Assembly (NCBI RefSeq): GCF_006345805.1
Contig: NC_043001.1
Span: 19,654,001-19,718,000 of the forward strand
Source: Octopus sinensis
Taxonomy: Eukaryota
Length of the DNA stretch: 64,000 bases
Direction of reading: 5' to 3'
The position numbers and the translations under genes are program-made. Under the pieces are notes generated by a model that worked only from the letters and a program-made list of their open reading frames with translations, was not told where the DNA came from and ran no database searches. Of this stretch, positions 34,971 to 49,545 are shown one piece after another; position 1 is the stretch's first letter; each line of letters begins with the position of its first letter.

Positions 34971-37774
34971 TTCATTTAATTTATTTTATAAGAGAAAAAA
35001 AATGGAAACAGAGATGTGAATTTTAAAATACATCATCTCTTTGAGTTCCTAAATGATAGCCATTAGATGTAGGGTCACTGATCTAAGTGGGGTGGTTTAG
35101 CAAAATCAGGGTACAGTATCACAAAATTTCATGTGGGATTTAGTTATGTAGTTTTACAAATGCATTCAGGTTCCACCCGAGTAAACTATACTTTTCGGGT
35201 GAAAATATGAAGCGGGGTGTGCCTCAGGGAGATTCACTCTCTCCATTTCATGACCCCATTACTTTCTCTGACAAGCATACCGAGAACATCCAGACCTACT
35301 TATAAGCTTGTTTGAACCTGGGTAAAAATAAATCATCTGTCTACGTCATGAATTAATCCTTTCCCCAAAGTTGCTGGCTCTGTACCTAAATTATTAACAT
35401 TTATTTCTTATGATGATTTTTCTTTTTTCCTAAAAAAAAAAAAGTGTAAGTTAAAAGTAAAAAAAAGAAAAAGTGGTTCAGTCCCACTGCGGGGCACCTT
35501 GGGCAAGTGTCTTCTACCATAGCCTTGGGCCGACCAAAGCCTTGTGAGTGGATTTGGTAGACAGAAACTGAAAGAAGCCACTCGTATATATGTATATATG
35601 GATGTGTGTTTGTGTTTGCCCCCCCCCCCCAATCGCTTGACAACCGATGCTGGTGTGTTTACATCCTCGTAACCTAACGATTCGACAAAAGAGCCCAATA
35701 GAATAAGTACTAGGCTTACAAAGAATAAGTCCTGGGGGTCGATTTACTTGACTAAAGGTGGTGCTCCAGCATGGCCGCAGTCAATTGACTGAAACAGGTA
35801 AAAGAGGAGCTATTTCCATGACCTTCATGGGCTCTCAGAAACTAAAAATTCCATCTCGTGGGGGATTTTCTGACATCTGGGATAGCAAGGTGCACTGTTG
35901 AAAGTTCTGACACATAGACACTAATTTTCAAAATGCGTAACATGACGTTTTTCTTGAGGTAATGCTTGATTGTTAGAAAGTGTTTCTCCTTTGGAAGTTC
36001 ATTATTATTTAGGATCCAATGTGGGAATCTATATGTCAGAGGTTCTTTGTAGTCCCCCCCCCACTTCCCTTTTAAGTAATTGTTATGCCTAGCACCCACC
36101 TAAATGACAAATGAGGTATCACAACTAAACTAACTTAAAACATGGATGATAGTTTATAAATTTTACTCTAAAAATGGATTGTATATGTTTTTAACAGTGC
36201 ATTTGATAAAGAAGACAAAAGTTATAAATTTACTTTATATCATCATCATCATCGTTTAACATCCGTTCTCCATGCTAGCATGGGTTGGATGGTTCGAACA
36301 GGGATCTGGGAAGCCAGAAGGCTGCACCAGGCTCCAGTCTGATCTGGCAGTGTTTCTACAGCTGGATGCCCTTCCTAACGCCAACCACTCCGTGAGTGTA
36401 GTGGGTGCTTTTTATGTGCCACTGGCACAGGTGCCAGGCGAGGCTAGCAATGGCCGCGATCGGATTGGTGCTTTTTAAGTGCCACCGGCACGGAAGCCAG
36501 TCAAGGCGGCGGTGGCATTGGCCACGTTCAGATGGTGCTTTTTACGTGCCACCAGCACAGAAAAATATTACAAGTTAATGACTTCCCTGTGCCTGATGAG
36601 ATCTCATTTCATTTTTAATAACCATTGTTTTATTATGTATAATATAATAACTACTAAAGGTAAAATTTAGTATGGTAATCAAGTTATCTCATTGGCCCCT
36701 AAAGCCTAAAACCCCCTTCAGCATGCCCAGAGTCCCCTTGAGGGTGGTACTGCTCATGTTTAGAACCTCTGCTCCATACAGTCATTTGGCTTCCTGAAAT
36801 AGACATCTTACTGTCTTAAAATAGGGAGAAATGTATTGGATAATGTAAGCTTAGACACTGCATCTGGTGGGTGGGTGAAGATGGGATGATCAGGCTTGAA
36901 TACTTTTAATCAAAAGTCAGCTGACTTAATACAGTAGATGTTATAAGGGTAAATAACTAAATGTACATCATTTTCCAAAAGACATGAATCTTCCGTTAAT
37001 TCTTTTGTGGAAACAGAGGGGTGCTTGTACCCTTTAACCCTTTCATTACTCTATTTATTTTGAGGAGCTTTGTATTTCTTTCAATTACTGGTATTTTATT
37101 TTATTGACACTGAAAGGATGAAAGGTAAAGTTGACCCCAGCAGATTTGAACTTAAAACATAAACAGCCAGGAGAAATACAAGGTATTTTGTCTAAAGCTC
37201 TAATAATTCTGCCAACCCATGGCTGTCATATGAAATAATAAAAGTCTCTATTATAGGCACAAAGTTTACAATAGTAATAATAATCCTTTCTACTTTAGGC
37301 ACAAGGCTTGAAATTTTGAGGGACGGGGTCTAGTCGATTATATCGACCTCAGTGCATAACTGGTACCGTAAGGATGAAAAGCAAAGTTGACCTTGGCAGA
37401 ATTTGAACTCAGAATGTAAAGATGGACAAAATGCCGCTAAGCATTTTGCCTGGCATGCTAACAATTCTACCAGCTAGCCCCAAAATCCTTTTTACTATAG
37501 GCTCATGGCCAGAAATTGTTTTGTGATGGAGAACTAATCGATTACATCAACCCCAGTGTTTCACTAGCACTTCATTTATCGGCCTCGAAAGGATGAAAGG
37601 CAAAGTCGATCTTGGCGGAATTTGAACTCAGGTTTCAAATTTTGACACAAACCCAGCAATTTCAGGGGTGGGGGAATGTCGATTACATGGACATCCGTGT
37701 TCAACTGGTATTTATTTTATCGACCCCAAAATGCAAAGTCGACCTCTGCTGCATTTGTACTTAAAACTAAATAA

Positions 37775-38040
37775 TAATAATAATTAATTCGTTTATTGGC
37801 CACAAGGGCTGACAAAAATTAATTAAAACATAAAGGGGCAAAACGCAGGACGAAAGTTAGAAAGGGTTTTGTCCGTTTGCAAAAAACCGTGTAAAAATAA
37901 CAACGAAAATATAACAATTGAAATTCCCAATAGGGGAAGGCGCTTCGAAAGGTTACTCGGGGGAAAACCCATAAAAGCCACGGGAGCCTGGTCAAAATAA
38001 TTCCTTTGGGCGTGGAGTACAAAGCCATTTGATGATATAA
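37775..38040 (-). mobile_element. Probable LINE 3' end with (TAA)n tail
   Basis: The minus strand ends ...ttgtcagcccttgtggccaataaacgaattaattattattat. Confidence 0.4.
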
Positions 38041-39583
38041 AGAGAGATAATTGGTTCAATTCATGAAAGCACTTTTTTCATCAGCAAACAAGCAAATCGA
38101 ACCCCGATATATACTAAATAAGAGGAAAGAGTAGAGCTCGTGACCTTTGTGAAACCCTTAATGACTGATGACATTGGTACGATTAAGGTTCAGTTGAATA
38201 TTTCTGCAAGTTAACGTCTGCAGGGGAAACGTTCTGGGTGTGCGGTGAAGGACCAGGTATAATGGTTAATGTGGGACCTGAAGAACAATACGTAGGATAG
38301 GTGACGCGAAATAAAATAAGGTATATTGGGTGAACTTAGATGGAGGGGTATGCAACGAACTAGTTCAGAGGAACAATACTTATAAGGTACTGAAATAGAC
38401 AATATAGAGAATTCAGCCTCTCTCTAATGTACGTACCGAATAAATATTTGGGAAATCAAACCCTTTTTCTTTTTACATATTTAGGAGGTTGTCTTCATGA
38501 GTAAACAAAACGAAGAAACATACTTAATTGTTACGAAGATTTAGAAATAAAATGTCCCAAACCCCACTTAAATCTGATAAACTAAGTTAATCGATAAATA
38601 AAATAATACATTTTGAATGACACCAAACCGAAAGAATACAAAATATAATTCGACAAATATAGGGTAACCAAATATAGGTATATGATGTATAAGGAGATAT
38701 AACACAAGATATTAGATAAATAATTGAAGTGGATATATCGTTATTAGTTCCTTTAAAAACTCGATTGTTACAAGTTATTTTTGCTTAACAACTTAGAAAC
38801 TGATTAGCTTGAAAATGACGTGTTGGAGGGGAGGGGAAACCTTGTCGAAAAAAGCGAAGCCACAAATAGTGGCGGCCACGTGTAAGTCCGGTTTAGCTAG
38901 ATGATGGTCACTGTTAGGATATATATCCCACAGAAAGGCAGGGTTATCTTTGAAGAAATCTGCCCTGCTGTCGAAGCCTGTTGAAAATTCAAGGACTTTG
39001 TACTAAACAGGGTAATGTGTGGTTTTACATACCTGAACTTCGTTGAGAAAAGTAACTCATAAATTAATTAAATTAATTTTGAAATATTACAAAATAAATA
39101 ATTAAGATTTTATATTTTAGTTTCAAACTTTTTTTCTTTAAAAGAAATTAGGCGATCTTAATTAAATATTGAAATAAATCTTGAATTTTTGTTTTCAATT
39201 TCTTTGCGACAACAACAAACAGAACTCGGTGTCCCAGGGGTTAAAATGAATATAAAAATGCTAACTCATCTAAGATTTCGTTAATAGAATTGTATTAGCC
39301 AGTCAAATTTATGTGATAACCTAAGCAAAAAAAAACAAGAACAGGATATAGTTAACTGAGATCTGGATTGTGAAAACGAAATCCAATTAAGATCCATTGA
39401 GCCATTTTAGTTAATTACTAAATAAAAACTGTTTTGTGGAGAGAAAGCATCAGTACAAAGAAAATAACATCCCAGATTAGGAATAGGATTGTTTGAGGGA
39501 TTTGTGGCTGCAGAAAGGGACAGCTAGGCATACAACAACCGAGTATATGTACGTAGATATGCGACAAAAACAAGACAGCTTAC

Positions 39584-39720
39584 CTTTCCGTTCATAAACA
39601 TAGTGTTTGGTTGAAGGGTCAAATCTCCTTCTGTCTCTGTTACGCAAGATGAGACGCAAAGGGTTGAGGGGGAAACTCTCTCATGATTACCTCCCTTGAA
39701 CAGCTGAATTGGCGTTTCCG
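39584..39720 (-). promoter_or_regulatory. Putative non-coding first exon/promoter of the DHTY zinc-finger gene
   Basis: Strong donor GGAAAG|GTAAGC (GT 39583-39582) in a locally CpG-enriched region. It could splice to the 33541 acceptor; the 5' boundary is a guess. Confidence 0.4.
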
Positions 39721-41929
39721 GGTCCAGGAAATGTACTTTCGTTAATACGTCGAAGGTGTGATGTGGTACGTTGTTATCGTACGACAGGAGAAATAGGAAT
39801 GGCCATTGTGAAAGTCGTCAATGAATGTAATAGTTGTCTGCGCTGGAGATTACGTTAAACTACAAAGTTTGTTTATACATACAAAAAAAAAACAAAAAAA
39901 ACATGCGTACACGTCATTGGTGTGTCACCTGGAGCGTGAAAACCAGCTTCCTGATAATAGAATTCTTTTAATTGTTCACAAAGAAAGTTTAAAAAATATA
40001 TTTCGGAACGGTGATTAAAAAAAAATTAGTTTAACCACAGGAAACATCATAAATCTAACAATATGAAAAAAAGCTACGAAGTGAGTGAGAGAAAAAGAGA
40101 GTTATTATTTTGAAGTTTCTTTGAGAGTAACTACAAAGCATTGACTGATGGAATCAATACTAAGTGTTGGGTCGACCACTGGATAAACAAGCTATTATCG
40201 ACATCTTTATGACTTTTCATAAATCTGTCTATTGTCACAACTGAAAAGATAGTTTTTAGCCTTGTTTCTGACACCCATTTTCTCTAGATGATTTTTATTA
40301 TCATCATCATCATCATCATTTAGCGTCCGCTTTCCATGCTAGCATGGGTTGGACAGTTCAACTGGGGTCTGGGAAACCAGAAGGCTGCACCAGGCCCAGT
40401 CTGATCTGGCAGTGTTTCTACGGCTGGATGCCCTTCCTAACGCCAACCACTCCGTGAGTGTAGTGGGTGCTTTTTACGTGCCTCCGGCACATGTGCCAGA
40501 CGGGGATGGCAAACGGCCACGGACGGATGGTGCTTTACACAGGGAACTAGTGAAGGGGCTTCTGTTTGGTCATTCAACCCACTTGAATTAGTCCCTAAAT
40601 CTCATCGTCAACCCCAAAATTACATCCTTCCTTCTTACAAGAAGAATATATTGGATAATCTGATGTTAGGTACACTATGTTTAAATAAAAGAGGGGTTGG
40701 TCAATGCTTCAGGTCATAGTTATGTTCAGTCAGTGTTTACTGGAAATAAACGACTGCAACCTTGCAGCTACCATTCAAATTATATTATGCTTTGCATTCA
40801 CCAAACTAATTATTCACTTTTTCAGCTCTTTAATCTCTCTTTCTTTCTTTTTTAACATCATGTGGAGCATATGGTATCAACAAGAAATTTCCACCTGTCT
40901 CTTTCTTTGACAAGGGACTGCATTTGTCTCAAGGTGTAACCCACCTGCCAATGCTTCAGTTTCTGTGGTTGTTTTATTCTGTCATGCTTGTGTCTCGCTG
41001 AGGTGTCCATCAGTAGGCTTGCTTCATAATGTTGGAAACAGGTTTCCATGGGATGTACCATTTTCTCCTCTTGAGACAAATTATCATCATCGTCGTTTAA
41101 CATCCGCTTTCCATACTAGCATGGGTTGGACGATTTGACTGAAGACTGGTGAACCAGATGGCTGCATCAGATCTTAATCTGGCAGAGTTTCTACAGCTGG
41201 ATGCCCTTCTTAATGCCAACCACTCCAAAAGTCTAGTGGATGCTTTAACATGCCACCGACACGAGGGCCAGTCAGGCGGTACTGGCAACAGCCTCACTCA
41301 AATGGTGTTTTTTTACATGCCACCTGCACAGATGCCTATCAAATCATACTTAACTTAATCTTCTCCAACAAGATCAATATTATGATTTCACTATTCTACA
41401 GCCAAATAGCATCACATTTTTATATGAAACATCCTCTTTTATATATACAGAAAATGCTACTGTTTATGGCAAACTTTTTCCAGAGAGTATGCTTTCAGTG
41501 GCCACCTCGGAGTTTACTCAAATATCTCGGTTAAAAAGTTTATTTCATAATTTATTAGTTACTTCCAATTAATTACAAAGTCAATAAACAGACTTATATA
41601 CTGGTTGTTTCTATTGATATTTGTTAAATGTTTGCCTCAAACACATTTCAAAGTAAGATAAATTCCAATAATTGAGGAAATGGTGATGCTTTGTGTTAGC
41701 AGCAGTTAGTTCATAAGGTAAGTTATGAGCGACTTCTGTAAGCTCAGTCCCTAGAGGAGCATAGAATTTAGCATTTTGAGGTTTGTTCTTTGTCAAACAC
41801 TATTTTTCTTCACTCTTAACTGAAGGGCAACACCCTAAATGTTAGCTTCTATACTTCTCACAGGAAACTTTGTTGAAATTCAACCTGTTAATCTTTCAAT
41901 TTGCTGCTAATAGGACTTGGTTTATACTC

Positions 41930-42540
41930 ATGTGAGGTGGTGAAGCATGACCTTCAAACATTGGGCCTCACATAGGCAATGACTAGTGACTGGGACCTTT
42001 GGAAATATGCTGTGCTTGAGAAGACTCAGCAAGCCCAAGTGAGACAATAACCTCGTGGCCTATGCCAGGGGTGTAACCAGCCCACTTATGCTTACCTTTC
42101 CTTCATTGAACACTAAACTCTGCTTGTGAAGACCTGTTGAGGCAAGTAAAATCAAAATCGAAGTCAAATTCGATGACTGGCATCCATGCTAGTGGAGCAC
42201 TTACAGTACCACATGAGCGTGCCGGTGGCACATAAAAAGGACCATTCAAGCATGATCATTACCAGAACCGCCTTACTGGCACTTGTGCTGGTGGCACGGG
42301 AAAAAACATTCGAGCGAGGTCGTTGCCAGTGCAGCTGGACTGGCTCGTGTGCAGGTGACACATAAAAAGCACCATTTGAGCATGGCCGGTGACATGTAAA
42401 AGCACGCACTACACTCTCAGAGTAGTTGGCATTAGGAAGGGCCCCCAGCTGTAGAAATTCTGCCAGATCAGATTGGAGTCTGGTGTAGCCATCTGGTTCG
42501 CCAGACCTCAGTCAGATCATCCAACCCCTGCTAGCAAGGA
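41930..42540 (+). mobile_element. 5'-truncated RTE-type LINE 3' end
   Basis: gaggtggtgaagcatgaccttcaaac... matches the ORF end at 30940-31050 and continues into the UTR. Confidence 0.75.
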
Positions 42541-45500
42541 AAATCGTAGCTGCGGCAGGTACTGGTGTCATGCAAATGGCATTTGTGCCAGTGGCACATA
42601 ATAGCACCCATTACAGTCTCAGAGTGGTTGGTGTCAGGAAGGGCATCCAGCTGTAAAAACCATGCCAAATCAGACTTGAGTCTGGTGCAGTCTCCCAGCT
42701 TCACAGCCCTGGTCAAACTATCCAGCCCACATGAGCATGGACAACAGACGTTAAATGATGATGATGAAGTGTTTCTAATTTTACAGAAGTTGCCAGTACC
42801 GCCTGGAGTGGTTGGTGTTAGGAAGGGCATCCAGCTGTAAAAACTCTGCCAGATCAGATTGGAGCCTGGTGCAGCCATCTGGTTCACCAGACCTCAGTCA
42901 AATCGTCCGACCCATGCTAGCATGGAAAGCGGACGTTAAACGATGATGATGATGATGAAACATGGACATCAGATGATGCTGATTAGTTAGTAATTATTAT
43001 TTATGATTACATATATATATATATATTTGTGATTTGGACACAAGTATTTTACTTGTCTATTCCAAACCAGCATTAGACTATATTTTCTGAGGTTCTTTAA
43101 CACATTCAAAAGTAATGAGTTTGCCTTAAGGTGTTGAAGTCCCAATGATATCTGATAAGCAACTGATGAAGAAGGTTCTTTAGTTGTGTTTTCATTCCTC
43201 CTTTGTCTTTACTCATGAATACTTAACTGTTGGATCTGTTTTACTTACCTAGGCTAGTACAGGTTTTATGTTATTTCATTCCTTGACAAAATAAATTAGT
43301 GGGTTAGATATAATCTTTATTATAGCAATACACTGCTTAGTAGTTATAGTTTAATGAGGTTAGAATATTGTTATGCAGCAGATAAGAATTATTCTTTCAT
43401 AGGAGAACCTATTTTATCTTCCCAAGATTAAAGCTTATAAATTTATAATTATATTTAAAGCAGCTAACTGGCTTTTGTGCCGGTGGCACGTAAAAAGCAC
43501 CATTCGAGTGTAATCGTTACCAGCGTCGCCTTACTGGCACTTGTGCTGGTGTCATGTGAAAAAACATTCAAGCGAGGTCGTTGCCAGTGCCGCTGGACTG
43601 GCTCCTGTGCAGGTGGCACATAAAAAAACACCATTTGAGCGTGACCATTACCAGTACTGCCTGACTGGCATGGAAAGCGGACGTTAAATGATGATGATGA
43701 TGATGATTTAAAATCTCAATTGTTAATGTATATCTTGTATTTAGTCATTATCTTGGAGCTAGTTCTTATTATAATCACTGAAGTAGGATATAAGACTATG
43801 TTAAACAATGATAAAAAATGCTTTCTACTGATACTGAAATGATTACAAAACTATCTACAATTCACATGTAATATAAGGCGGTAATATTTTTAGTTTATAT
43901 CAATAAAACGTTTATACATTTTGACGACAGGGTCTCTATGGTGTAACCAGTAATGCAGTTGCCAAAATATAATAGAGATAAGTTTTGTATCATATAGGAA
44001 TACCTGCTTTTTTTCCTGTCCTAGAATAATGCTTGCTAGTGTCTTATAAATAAATATTAATGTTAAACATTGTCACACATATATATGTGTGTGTTTGTGT
44101 GTGTACAGATACATACATATGTACATGTGTTTGTATGTACCCTTGTGTGGAGGCGCAATTGCCCAGTGGTTAGGGCAGCGGACTCGCGGTTTCAATTCCC
44201 AGACCGGGCGTTGTGAGTGTTTATTGAGCGAAAACACCTAAAGCTCCACGAGGCTCTGGCAGGGGATGGTGGTGATCCCTGCTGTACTCTTTCACCACAA
44301 CTTTCTCTCACTCTTACTTCCTGTTTCTGTTGTACCTGTATTTCAAAGGGCTGGCCTTGTCACTCTGTGTCACGCTGAATATCCCCGAGAACTACGTTAA
44401 GGGTACACGTGTCTGTGGAGTGCTCAGCCACTTACACGTTAATTTCACGAGCAGGCTGTTCCGTTGATTCGGATCAACCGGAACCCTCATCGTTGTAACC
44501 GACGGAGTGCTTCCAGTGTGTACCCTTGTCTAGACAGCATGTGACTGTTGAAAATAAGTATCAATGCCATACAAGCAAAGTTCTTTGTGTGCAGTCTTCA
44601 GTGAAAAACATATCTAACTATAGGAAAATATTACTTTCAGGAAACAGGTGAGGGTTTGTGACAGGAAGGGCATCCAGTCAGAAAAATCTGCCTTAACAAA
44701 TTCTATGCAAGCATAGTAAAGTGGATGTTAATACAATGATAAAACTCAATTACACACTAGGATTTATAACTGATAATAAAGTATAAAATAAATAAATTTT
44801 ATTAAATAGAAAAAGAAGAAACTTTATAAAAATATGGCATTTTTCAAAATCAGGAATCAATCATTTTTATAAATTGACTTTTAAACTTTATCAAACTGAA
44901 GTTTATTTTTCCTTTTTTTCAAACACCATTTGAGCGTGGCCGTTGCCAGTACCGCCTGACTGGCACGTAAAAGCACCCACTACACTCTCGGAGTGGTTGG
45001 CGTTAGGAAGGGCATCCAGCTGTAAAAACTCTGCCAGATCAGATTGAAGTCTGGTGGAGCCATCTGGTTCGCCAGACCTCAGTCAAATCGTCCAACTCAT
45101 GCTAGCATGGAAAGCGGACGTTAAACAATGATGATGAACCTATTGCCTTGACTGTAATAAATACAAGTTTTAGTTCTGATAACATTCACTATCTATACCA
45201 ATAATAAATGATATTATAGAGTGAAGAAGCAGATCTAATCATGAAATTTCTGTCTTAATTTCAAAATGAAATCATTCGCTAATGACATCTTATTAGTAAA
45301 GCTAGAAAAATATGAAATAATCCTGAGCTGTTTACACTGAAAATTCAGGATCTTTTCTGTTTGGCTGCCAATTTTCAATCTCTTCAATTCCTGCTCAAAT
45401 TGATTTCATATTCAGTATAATGACAAGGTTTTGTATGCTAATCACTGCTTTGAAATTCATTTTCGCAATAAATCAATCAATAAAAAGTTATTAGCTTTTA

Positions 45501-47833
45501 AAGTTTGAAAATTTTGGGTAATTTTAGCCAATCATAAGCCACAGGCACATTCATGCCTGTTTCCATAGTAACAAGCTAAACATAAGAACTCTTTTGTCTG
45601 TGAGATAGCACGTATTGACAAATATATTCTACATGAAACAAGTGCATTGACATTGTATGCTGCTGCTTGTGCCCATCTGCTGGTAAAGAGATGTGCTAAA
45701 AATAACAGCCAAATAAGGCTTAAATCAAGCACTCCCACCTTTTTTTTTTTTTTTTGCTTGGCTTGTGCATAATTGTATCAATTCCCATGTGTAGAATACA
45801 AATTGACAAAAATTTTCCAAAAATTCCAAAGAATAAAAAAGCTATGAGGGGTTTATATGCCATGCGTAAAGCAGAAGTTGATTCATTTAGTTTCATATTA
45901 AAACACAAAAAGACAGCTTCCAAATCCTGTTTTCTGACTGGGTGAAAATTATCAAACTTTAAACCTCTATAACTTTTTTTTTTAAATTTTTTCTGGTAAA
46001 AGTGAAACATCTCTTGAAATTCAGCTTGGAAAACTACATTGATGTACCAAATTAAAAAATTTTTATTAACCTTTGAATTTTCATAAACTGACAGCCAAAC
46101 TGAAAAAGATCTAAAATTCACAAAGAACTACAAATTGCTTTCTGTTCAAAGAGTCAGGTAGCAATCATGATAGTCAACTTGCTTGTACTTCTATTAACAA
46201 AATAAAGCAACTTTATAGTGTATTAAGAAAATATATCATGTATATATCAGTAAATATACTGTATATCAATATAATTTAACCCTTTAATGTTTAAACTATA
46301 TCAGGCTAAACATAGAAGGGACAAACAAGGATAGACAAATGGATTAAGTCGATTACATCGACCCCAGTGTGTAACTGATACTTAATTTATCGACCCCGAA
46401 AGGATGAAAGGCAAAGTCGTCTTCGGCAGAATTTGAACTCAGAACGTAGCGGCAGACGAAATACGGCTACACATTTCGCCTGGCGTGCTAACGTTTCTGC
46501 CAGCTCACCACCCTCAGGCCAAAATATTCTACTAGTTTTATGTTCAAATAGCCAGATCTGACCTCTTACACCTATCCTACAATCTATAAAAAAAACCTTA
46601 TGAGATCTTGAAGCTACAATATAATGCATGATTAATTCAAATAAGAGAACACTTATATTGATTCCAGTCTATTACTGGTACTTATGTTATAAGCTCCAGA
46701 AACAAAATAGAACTGGCAAAATTTCAGCTCAGAAAACAAGATAGAGAAACTTTATATGTAATCCCTTTAATATTGTTTGTTCCTTTTTGAGCCACGCCTG
46801 GCTCATAAGAGCCAGTTTCCCAGTTTCCTTGGCATATAGGTTCCCCACCTGGATGGGATGCCTGTCCATCGCAGGTGAGCTACTAGATGCAGGAGGAAAG
46901 AGTGAGAGAAAGTTGTGGCAAAAGAGTCAGCAGAAGTTCGCCATTACCTTCTGCCGGATCTACATGGAACCTAGGTGTTTCACTCATAAACTCTCACATC
47001 ACCCGATCTGAGATTTGAACCCGCGATCCCTCGACAGCGAGTTTGCTGCTCTAACTACTAGGCCATGTGCCTCCACAATCCCTTTAATATAGTGTATATA
47101 TATATTATTGTCTCTGTGATCTTGCAGCCCTAATTATTAAGTTAGCATTAGTTTTGTTCACCAAGTGTCTAATGAATAAATAACAATTAGCTGTATATAG
47201 TTTTAAAGTATAAAATTATATTTTTAATTGGATTTTTTTTCGCCTTTACTGCCTAATTATTTCTGGTTAGCTTTCTAATACTCCAAGCTTTGAATATTAA
47301 CACAAACAGAAATGTTTATTATAAGCCATATATTCATAAATTTTAGCTATCTTCATCATTTTAATAGCAAATATTCCACTATCTTTTCAGAAAGATACAT
47401 TAGTAATATTGAGAAATATTTCTGCCTGAAAATATTGAAAAATATTTCTACTTGAGTTTGAACTCTAGTAATTTCACAAATATACATAATACAAAAACAA
47501 AACATGGAATATATCTCATATTCCAAATAACAGTCTAAAAGAAAGAATACAATTCCATTTATTCTCAAGATCAAATGAGGCATCAGGTTTTCCTGAAAAT
47601 CATTATAATTCAGTCTAAAAACAAAACAAATCTAAATGTTACAAATACTGATTTCAAATTTTGGCACAAGGCCAGTAATTTCAGGGGGAGTGGGTGAGAT
47701 GTTTACATCAATCCCAATGCTCAACTGGTACTTCTTTTATCAACCACAAAAAGATGAAAAGTAAAGTAGGCCTCGGAGGAATTTGAAAATGTTACAAATA
47801 TTGAAGAATAGATGCTTATTTCAACTACCGAAT

Positions 47834-48731
47834 TTACTCAGCAGTAATAATTTTATCCTCTGAGGCCAAAACTACTTCTGTGGCAGTTACTGAACTTTCA
47901 GCTGGTTGAAAATTTACTCTTATATCTTCAGCAGGCAGAGTCTGTGAATTACCATCACCATTTACAGAACACAGTTCCAACGGCTGCACCATCAACAAAG
48001 TATGTCCGGCATTTCTTTGATCAGAACTTTCATCTGAGGCAATCTGTGATTGAGATGGCGGTAAATGCAAAGTAATTGTGTGTGTTGATATTCCTTGCTT
48101 AGAAGATGTATTTATGGTTGCTTGCATCCCAGTAAGCATCTGAGAGTCTTGCGGAAGAGAATTGGTTGCAATAGCATAAATTAATTCTGCAGCAGTGAGA
48201 TCCGTTGATACCAGATTATTCCCTGTTTGGGCCATTTTAATAATGTCATCTGCACTTAGATTTGAAACACTGTTCTCTACAGGTGCTAACTGAGTTTGTA
48301 TTTCACCATTACTAGGGTCGTTGACTTTTTGTAATATACTTTTATTATTACTGGAAGAAAGAACTGTTGAATTAGTAGTTGTTTCAGTGGTGGTGGTAGA
48401 TGTTGTTGTTGATAATGTGGCGGTAGTTGTGGTGGTGGTGGTGGTGTTGGTCGTAGTGTTGGTGCCTTCTTGGACATCAATCAACCCATACTTGTGATCA
48501 CTGACATGGTTAGTAAAACTGGTAGCATTTACCGTTCGGTAGTTACAAATATCACAGTGATAAATTCCAGATGAATCTGGATGCTTATTTTTCATGTGAG
48601 TTTTTAAAGAAATAGCTTGGATGCACGAGTAAGAGCAATATTGGCATTTGTATGGTCTCAATCCAGAGTGGCGCATTTTGTGACGGCGAAGTGAGTTGTG
48701 ATCTCCAGTAGCATACTGACAAACATCACAC
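47834..48731 (-). CDS. Multi-C2H2 zinc-finger protein, coding exon 2 (fingers 9-11, poly-Thr tract, low-complexity tail)
   Basis: Acceptor atttttatttag|G (AG 48733-48732). The phase-2 join gives HTGEKPFK-CDVC; stop at 47834. Confidence 0.92.
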
Positions 48732-49545
48732 CTAAATAAAAATAAAATATTGAGCATCATTGTTTAACATAAAATATAAAGGAAAATAAATCATTAAAGC
48801 TCACATAACTTTGAAATTATAAAAACAAAATAAAATTAACTATTCAATTTTTTTTACCAATATCAATATCTGCTTAAATTTACACTTTCGGTTCTTTCTA
48901 ACATTTGAGATTTGAACTCAGACTGACTTCCTCTCTTAAAAATATGATACAGGTGTAACTATGCTCATTTTAATGATTTTTATTTTTTTTGCTAATAAGT
49001 GCTAGTAGGGTGTTAAGAGCACCATCCAAGCATGATCATTGCCAGAGCAGATATCTGGCCTCCGTGCCGGTGGCACGCAAAAGACACCATTCAAGCGTGA
49101 TCGTTACCAGCATCGCCTTACTGGCACCTGTGCCAGTGGCATGTGTAAAAGATTCAAGCGAGGTCGTTGCCAGTACCGCCTGACTGGCCCTTGTACCGGT
49201 GGCATGGAATAAGCACCCACTACACTCTCAGAGTGGTTGGCATTAGAAAGGGCATCCAGCTGCAGAAACTCTGCCAGATCAAGATTGGAGCCTGGTGCAG
49301 CCATCTGGTTCGCCAGCCCTCAGTCACATTGTCCAACCCATGCTAGCATGGAAAGTGGACGTTAAACAATGATGATGATGATGATGATGATGTTAACTAG
49401 ATATAAGAGGGTTTGGAAACAATATAAGGTTTCTGTAAGATCCAGTCCCCACTGAACACAGGCAGATGTTTATAACAGGTGGAGCAATACAAATGAATAA
49501 CTATAAATGGCCTGAAAGCTTTTTGAGATTTATAAGATTACTTAC

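Noticed and set aside
39033-39060. Extra minus-strand donor CAG|GTATGT at 39032
   Set aside because: No convincing matching acceptor to define an exon.
48490-48510. DHKY ([DE]HxY match) in the 11-finger protein
   Set aside because: The His is the second zinc ligand of finger 11, so the match is probably coincidental.
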